A program made the position numbers and the translations under genes. This document shows, piece after piece, positions 56,901 through 64,000 of a stretch of DNA of 64,000 nucleotides. A model generated the notes under the pieces. That model saw only the letters and a program-made list of their open reading frames with translations, was not told the DNA's origin and did not search any database. Within the stretch, counting starts at the first letter, position 1, and every line of letters begins with the position of its first letter. Source of the DNA: Antedon mediterranea (taxonomy: Eukaryota; Animalia; Echinodermata). The DNA lies in the NCBI RefSeq assembly GCF_964355755.1, contig NC_092671.1:21841317-21905316 (forward strand), written 5' to 3'.

Positions 56901-59900
56901 ATGTTAACAAGTTTTTTCGAAAATCACAAAATGGTCTAAATTGTCTCCATATGCGATTTGAAGCTATTCTTAGCACTTTGGTGTTTTTATGTTAACAAGT
57001 TTTTTCGAAAATCACAAAATGGTCTAAATTGTCTCCATATGCGATTTGAAGCTATTCTTAGCAGTTTGGTGTTTTTATGTTAAAAAGTTTTTTTCGAAAA
57101 TCACAAAATGGTCTAAAACGTCTCCAAATGCGATTTGAAGCTATTCTAAGCACTTTGATGTTTTTGTGTGAAAAGTGTTATCGAAATGCTCAAAATGGTC
57201 TAAAACGGTTTATAATGTGATTTTAACCACTTTGATGTTTTTGTGTAACCAAGTTTTTTCGAAAATCACTAATTGGTCTAAAATGTCTCCAAATGCGATT
57301 TGAAGCTATTCTTAGCACTTTGATGTTTTTATGTTAACAAGTTTTTTCGAAAATCACAAAATGGTCTAAAACGTCTCCAAATGCGATTTGAAGCTATTCT
57401 AAGCACTTTGGTGTTTTGTGTGAAAAAGTTTTGTCGAAATGCTCAAAATGGTCTAAAACGTTTTTAAATAAGATATTAAGCTATATTGTGCTCTTTGATG
57501 TTTTTGTGTGAAAAGTGTTATCGATATGCTCAAAATGGTCTAAAACGGTTTATAATGTGATTTTAAGCACTTTGATGTTTTTGCGTAACCAAGTTTCATC
57601 GAAATGCACAAATTGGTCTAAAACGTCTCCAAATGCGATTTGAAGCTATTCTAATCACTTTGGTGTTTTTGTGTTAACAAGTTTTTTCGAAAATCACAAA
57701 ATGGTCTAAAACGTCTCCAAATGTGATTTGAAGCTATTCTAAACATTTTGGTGTTTTTATGTTAACAAGTTTTTTCGAAAATCACAAAATGGTCTAAAAC
57801 GTCTCCAAATGCGATTTGAAGCTATTCTAAGCACTTTGGTGTTTTTATGTTAACAAGTTTTTTCGAAAATCACAAAATGGTCTAAAACGTCTCCTAATGC
57901 GATTTGAAGCTATTCTAAGCACTTTGGTGTTTTTATGTTAACAAGTTTTTTCGAAAATCACAAAATGGTCTAAAACGTCTCCAAATGCGATTTGAAGCTA
58001 TTCTGTACACTTTGATGTTTTTATGTTAACAAGTTTTTTGGAAAATCACAAAATGGTCTAAAACGTCTCCAAATGCGATTTGAAGGTATTCTAAGCACTT
58101 TGGTGTTTTTATGTTAACAAGTTTTTTCGAAAATCACAAAATGGTCTAAATTGTCTCCATATGCGATTTGAAGCTATTCTTAGCAGTTTGGTGTTTATAT
58201 GTTAAAAAGTTTTTTTCAAAAATCACAAAATGGTCTAAAACGTCTCCAAATGCGATTTGAAGCTATTCTAAGCACTTTGATGTTTTTGTGTAAAAAGTGT
58301 TATCGAAATGCTCAAAATGGTCTAAAACGGTTTATAATGTGATTTTAACCACTTTGATGTTTTTGTGTAACCAAGTTTTTTCGAAAATCACTAATTGGTC
58401 TAAAATGTCTCCAAATGCGATTTGAAGCTATTCTTAGCCCTTTGATGTTTTTATGTTAACAAGTTTTTTCGAAAATCACAAAATGGTCTAAAACGTCTCC
58501 AAATGCGATTTGAAGCTATTCTAAGCACTTTGGTGTTTTGTGTGAAAAAGTTTTGTCGAAATGCTCAAAATGGTCTAAAACGTTTTTAAATACGATATTA
58601 AGCTATATTGTGCTCTTTGATGTTTTTGTGTGAAAAGTGTTATCGATATGCTCAAAATGGTCTAAAACGGTTTATAATGTGATTTTAAGCACTTTGATGT
58701 TTTTGCGTAACCAAGTTTCATCGAAATGCACAAAATGGTCTAAAACGTCTCCAAATGCGATTTGAAGCTATTCTAATCACTTTGGTGTTTTTGTGTTAAC
58801 AAGTTTTTTCGAAAATCACAAAATGGTCTAAAACGTCTCCAAATGCGATTTGAAGCTATTCTAAACATTTTGGTGTTTTTATGTTAACAAGTTTTTTCGA
58901 AAATCACAAAATGGTCTAAAACGTCTCCAAATGCGATTTGAAGCTATTCTAAGCACTTTGGTGTTTTTATGTTAACAAGTTTTTTCGAAAATCACAAAAT
59001 GGTCTAAAACGTCTCCTAATGCGATTTGAAGCTATTCTAAGCACTTTGGTGTTTTTATGTTAACAAGTTTTTTCGAAAATCACAAAATGGTCTAAAACGT
59101 CTCAAAATGCGATTTGAAGCTATTCTGTACACTTTGATGTTTTTATGTTAACAAGTTTTTTCGAAAATCACAAAATGGTCTAAAACGTCTCCAAATGCGA
59201 TTTGAAGGTATTCTAAGCACTTTGGTGTTTTGTGTGAAAAAGTTTTGTCGAAAATCACAAAATGGTCTAAAACGTCTCCAAATGCGATTTGAAGCTATTC
59301 TAAGCACTTTGGTGTTTTGTGTAAAAAGTGTTATCGATATGCTCAAAATGGTCTAAAACGGTTTATAATGTGATTTTAAGCACTTTGATGTTTTTGCGTA
59401 ACCAAGTTTCATCGAAATGCACAAAATGGTCTAAAACGTCTCCAAATGCGATTTGAAGCTATTCTAATCACTTTGGTGTTTTTATGTTAACAAGTTTTTT
59501 CGAAAATCACAAAATGTTCTAAAACGTCTCCAAATGCGATTTGAAGCTATTCTAATCACTTTGGTGTTTTTGTGTTAACAAGTTTTTTCGAAAATCACAA
59601 AATGGTCTAAAACGTCTCCAAATGCGATTTGAAGCTATTCTAAACATTTTGGTGTTTTTATGTTAACAAGTTTTTTCGAAAATCACAAAATGGTTTAAAA
59701 CGTCTCCAAATGCGATTTGAAGCTATTCTAAGCACTTTGGTGTTTTTATGTTAACAAGTTTTTTCGAAAATCACAAAATGGTCTAAAACGTCTCCAAATG
59801 CGATTTGAAGCTATTCTGTACACTTTGATGTTTTTATGTTAACAAGTTTTTTCGAAAATCACAAAATGGTCTAAAACGTCTCCCAATGCGATTTGAAGCT

Positions 59901-62900
59901 ATTCTAAGCACTTTGGTGTTTTTATGTTAACAAGTTTTTTCGAAAATCACAAAATTGTCTAAAACGTCTCCAAATGCGATTTGAAGCTATTCTGTAAACT
60001 TTGATGTTTTTATGTTAACAAGTTTTTTCGAAAATCACAAAATTGTCTAAAACGTCTCCAAATGCGATTTGAAGGTATTCTAAGCACTTTGGTGTTTTGT
60101 GTGAAAAAGTTTTGTCGAAATGCTCAAAATGGTCTAAAACGTTTTTAAATAGGATATTAAGCTATATTGTGCCCTTTGATGTTTTTGTGTGAAAAGTGTT
60201 ATCGAAATGCTCAAATGGTCTAAAACGGTTTATAATGTGATTTTAAGCACTTTGATGTTTTTGTGTAACCAAGTTTCATCGAAATGCACAAAATGGTCTA
60301 AAACGTCTCCAAATGCGATTTGAAGCTATTCTAAGAACTTTGGTGTTTTTATGTTAACAAGTTTTTTTGAAAATTACAAAATGGTCTAAAACGTCTCCAA
60401 ATGCGATTTGAAGCTATTCTAAGCACTTTGGTGTTTTTATGTTAACAAGTTTTTTCGAAAATCCCAAAATGGTCTAAAACGTCTCCAAATGCGATTTGAA
60501 GCTTTTCTAAACACTTTGGTGTTTTTATGTTAACAAGTTTTTTCGAAAATCACAAAATGGTCTAAAACGTCTCCAAATGCGATTTGAAGCTATTTTAAGA
60601 ACTTTGGTGTTTTTATGTTAACAAGTTTTTTCGAAAATCACAAAATGGTCTAAAACGTCTCCAAATGCGATTTGAAGCTATTCTAAGCACTTTGGTGTTT
60701 TTATGTTAACAAGTTTTTTCGAAAATCACAAAATGGTCTAAAACGTCTCCTAATGCGATTTGAAGCTATTCTAAGCACTTTGGTGTTTTTATGTTAACAA
60801 GTTTTTTCGAAAATCACAAAATGGTCTAAAACGTCTCCAAATGCGATTTGAAGCTATTCTGTACACTTTGATGTTTTTATGTTAACAAGTTTTTTCGAAA
60901 ATCACAAAATGGTCTAAAACGTCTCCAAATGCGATTTGAAGGTATTCTAAGCACTTTGGTGTTTTGTGTGAAAAAGTTTTGTCGAAAATCACAAAATGGT
61001 CTAAAACGTCTCCAAATGCGATTTGAAGCTATTCTAAGCACTTTGGTGTTTTGTGTAAAAAGTGTTATCGATATGCTCAAAATGGTCTAAAACGGTTTAT
61101 AATGTGATTTTAAGCACTTTGATGTTTTTGCGTAACCAAGTTTCATAGAAATGCACAAAATGGTCTAAAACGTCTCCAAATGCGATTTGAAGCTATTCTA
61201 ATTACTTTGGTGTTTTTATGTTAACAAGTTTTTTCGAAAATCACAAAATGGTCTAAAACGTCTCCAAATGCGATTTGAAGCTATTCTAATCACTTTGGTG
61301 TTTTTGTGTTAACAAGTTTTTTCGAAAATCACAAAATGGTCTAAAACGTCTCCAAATGCGATTTGAAGCTATTCTAAACATTTTGGTGTTTTTATGTTAA
61401 CAAGTTTTTTCGAAAATCACAAAATGGTTTAAAACGTCTCCAAATGCGATTTGAAGCTATTCTAAGCACTTTGGTGTTTTTATGTTAACAAGTTTTTTCG
61501 AAAATCACAAAATGGTCTAAAACGTCTCCAAATGCGATTTGAAGCTATTCTGTACACTTTGATGTTTTTATGTTAACAAGTTTTTTTCGAAAATCACAAA
61601 ATGGTCTAAAACGTCTCCCAATGCGATTTGAAGCTATTCTAAGCACTTTGGTGTTTTTATGTTAACAAGTTTTTTCGAAAATCACAAATTGGTCTAAAAT
61701 GTCTCCAAATGCGATTTGAAGCTATTCTTAGCACTTTGGTGTTTTTATGTTAACAAGTTTTTTCGAAAATCACAAAATGGTCTAAAACGTCTCCAAATGC
61801 GATTTGAAGGTATTCTAAGCACTTTGGTGTTTTGTGTGAAAAAGTTTTGTCGAAATGCTCAAAATGGTCTAAAACGTTTTTAAATAGGATATTAAGCTAT
61901 ATTGTGCCCTTTGATGTTTTTGTGTGAAAAGTGTTATGGAAATGCTCAAATGGTCTAAAACGGTTTATAATGTGATTTTAAGCACTTTGATGTTTTTGTG
62001 TAACCAAGTTTCATCGAAATGCACAAAATTGTCTAAAACGTCTCCAAATGCGATTTGAAGCTATTCTGTAAACTTTGGTGTTTTTATGTTAACAAGTTTT
62101 TTCGAAAATCACAAAATGGTCTACAACGTCTCCAAATGCGATTTGAAGCTATTCTAAGTACTTTGGTGTTTTTATATTAACAAGTTTTTTCGAAAATCAC
62201 AAAATGGTCTAAAACGTCTCCAAATGCGATTTGAAGCTATTCTGTACACTTTGGTGTTTTGTGTGAAAAAGTTTTGTCGAAATGCTCAAAATGGTTTAAA
62301 ACGTTTTTAAATACGATATTAAGCTATTTTGTGCTCTTTGATGTTTTTGTGTGAAATGTGTTATCGAAATGCTCAAAATGGTCTAAAATGGTTTATAATG
62401 TGATTTTATCCACTTTGATGTTTTTGTGTAACCAAGTTTTTTCGAAAATCACAAATTGGTCTAAAACGTCTCCAAATGCGATTTGAAGCTATTCTAAGCA
62501 CTTTGGTGTTTTTATGTTAACAAGTTGTTTTCGAAAATCACAAAATGGTCTAAAACGTCTCCAAATGCGATTGGAAGCTATTCTTAGCACTTTGATGTTT
62601 TTATGTTAACAAGTTTTTTCGAAAATCACAAAATGGTCTAAAATGTCTCCAAATGCGATTTGAAGGTATTCTAAGCACTTTGGTGTTTTTATGTTAACAA
62701 GTTTTTTCGAAAATCACAAAATGGTCTAAATTGTCTCCATATGCGATTTGAAGCTATTCTTAGCAGTTTGGTGTTTTTATGTTAAAAAGTTTTTTTCGAA
62801 AATCACAAAATGGTCTAAAACGTCTCCAAATGCGATTTGAAGCTATTCTAAGCACTTTGATGTTTTTGTGTGAAAAGTGTTATCGAAATGCTCAAAATGG

Positions 62901-64000
62901 TCTAAAACGGTTTATAATGTGATTTTAACCACTTTGATGATTTTGTGTAACCAAGTTTTTTCGAAAATCACTAATTGGTCTAAAATGTCTCCAAATTCGA
63001 TTTGAAGCTATTCTTAGCACTTTGATGTTTTTATGTTAACAAGTTTTTTCGAAAATCACAAAATGGTCTAAAACGTCTCCAAATGCGATTTGAAGCTATT
63101 CTAAGCACTTTGGTGTTTTGTGTGAAAAAGTTTTGTCGAAATGCTCAAAATGGTCTAAAACGTTTTTAAATACGATATTAAGCTATATTGTGGTCTTTGA
63201 TGTTTTTGTGTGAAAAGTGTTATCGATATGCTCAAAATGGTCTAAAACGGGTTATAATGTGATTTTATCCACTTTGATGTTTTTGTGTAACCAAGTTTTT
63301 TCGAAAATCACAAATTGGTCTAAAACGTCTCCAAATGCGATTTGAAGCTATTCTAAGCACTTTGGTGTTTTTATGTTAACAAGTTGTTTTCGAAAATCAC
63401 AAAATGGTCTAAAACGTCTCCAAATGCGATTGGAAGCTATTCTTAGCACTTTGATGTTTTTATGTTAACAAGTTTTTTCGAAAATCACAAAATGGTCTAA
63501 AATGTCTCCAAATGCGATTTGAAGGTATTCTAAGCACTTTGGTGTTTTTATGTTAACAAGTTTTTTCGAAAATCACAAAATGGTCTAAATTGTCTCCATA
63601 TGCGATTTGAAGCTATTCTTAGCAGTTTGGTGTTTTTATGTTAAAAAGTTTTTTTCGAAAATCACAAAATGGTCTAAAACGTCTCCAAATGCGATTTGAA
63701 GCTATTCTAAGCACTTTGATGTTTTTGTGTGAAAAGTGTTATCGAAATGCTCAAAATGGTCTAAAACGGTTTATAATGTGATTTTAACCACTTTGATGTT
63801 TTTGTGTAACGAAGTTTTTTCGAAAATCACTAATTGGTCTAAAATGTCTCCAAATGCGATTTGAAGCTATTCTTAGCACTTTGATGTTTTTATGTTAACA
63901 AGTTTTTTCGAAAATCACAAAATGGTCTAAAACGTCTCCAAATGCGATTTGAAGCTATTCTAAGCACTTTGGTGTTTTGTGTGAAAAAGTTTTGTCGAAA

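Larger units (their letters stand above)
35885..64000 (-). repeat. Same satellite in reverse-complement orientation (inverted arm, about 320 monomers)
   Basis: From 35885 the sequence reads ggtctaaaacgtctccaaatgcgatttgaagctattc..., the reverse complement of the forward monomer, with the same variant classes. The repeat-derived ORFs also switch to the minus strand. Confidence 0.98.

Noticed and set aside
1993-61080. Fifteen near-identical 67-73-aa ORFs (MSISI...RIWRRFRPFCDFR...)
   Set aside because: They start at TTG inside the repeat and arise wherever two 87-bp (3n) monomers lacking the taa stop are adjacent. They flip strand with the array and show no evidence of being genes.
1-64000. CRISPR array, with the RT insert as an acquired spacer
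   Set aside because: The whole monomer repeats, there are no unique spacers or cas genes, and the single insert disrupts monomer register instead of duplicating a repeat.
1-64000. Assignment to a named satellite family or species
   Set aside because: I do not recognise the monomer, so a database search is required. Rex1/CR1-group elements occur in many animal lineages.

Overview
The whole window is one AT-rich (about 32% GC) eukaryotic tandem satellite array of roughly 730-740 monomers. It contains no intact genes, RNA genes or CRISPR arrays. The consensus monomer A is 88 bp: ttttagaccattttgtgattttcgaaaaaacttgttaacataaaaacaccaaagtgcttagaatagcttcaaatcgcatttggagacg. It is interspersed with derived monomers B (78-79 bp), C (87 bp) and D (87 bp) in irregular higher-order blocks. 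The array switches strand once, at 35885-35886 (2-bp TA overlap). The only extended non-satellite DNA is a 118-bp insert (14604-14721) encoding an internal piece of a non-LTR retrotransposon reverse transcriptase (Rex1/Babar- or CR1/L2-like), with no target-site duplication or polyA. Private variants reveal nested duplications of 0.5-4.7 kb shared between the two arms, and several junctions that look like microhomology-mediated repair scars. The repeated 67-aa ORFs are by-products of the repeat. I find no new protein-coding system. The most notable things are the satellite's architecture and its rearrangement and repair record. Centromeric function and host species cannot be established from sequence alone. 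All offsets were read by eye, so block edges are approximate.
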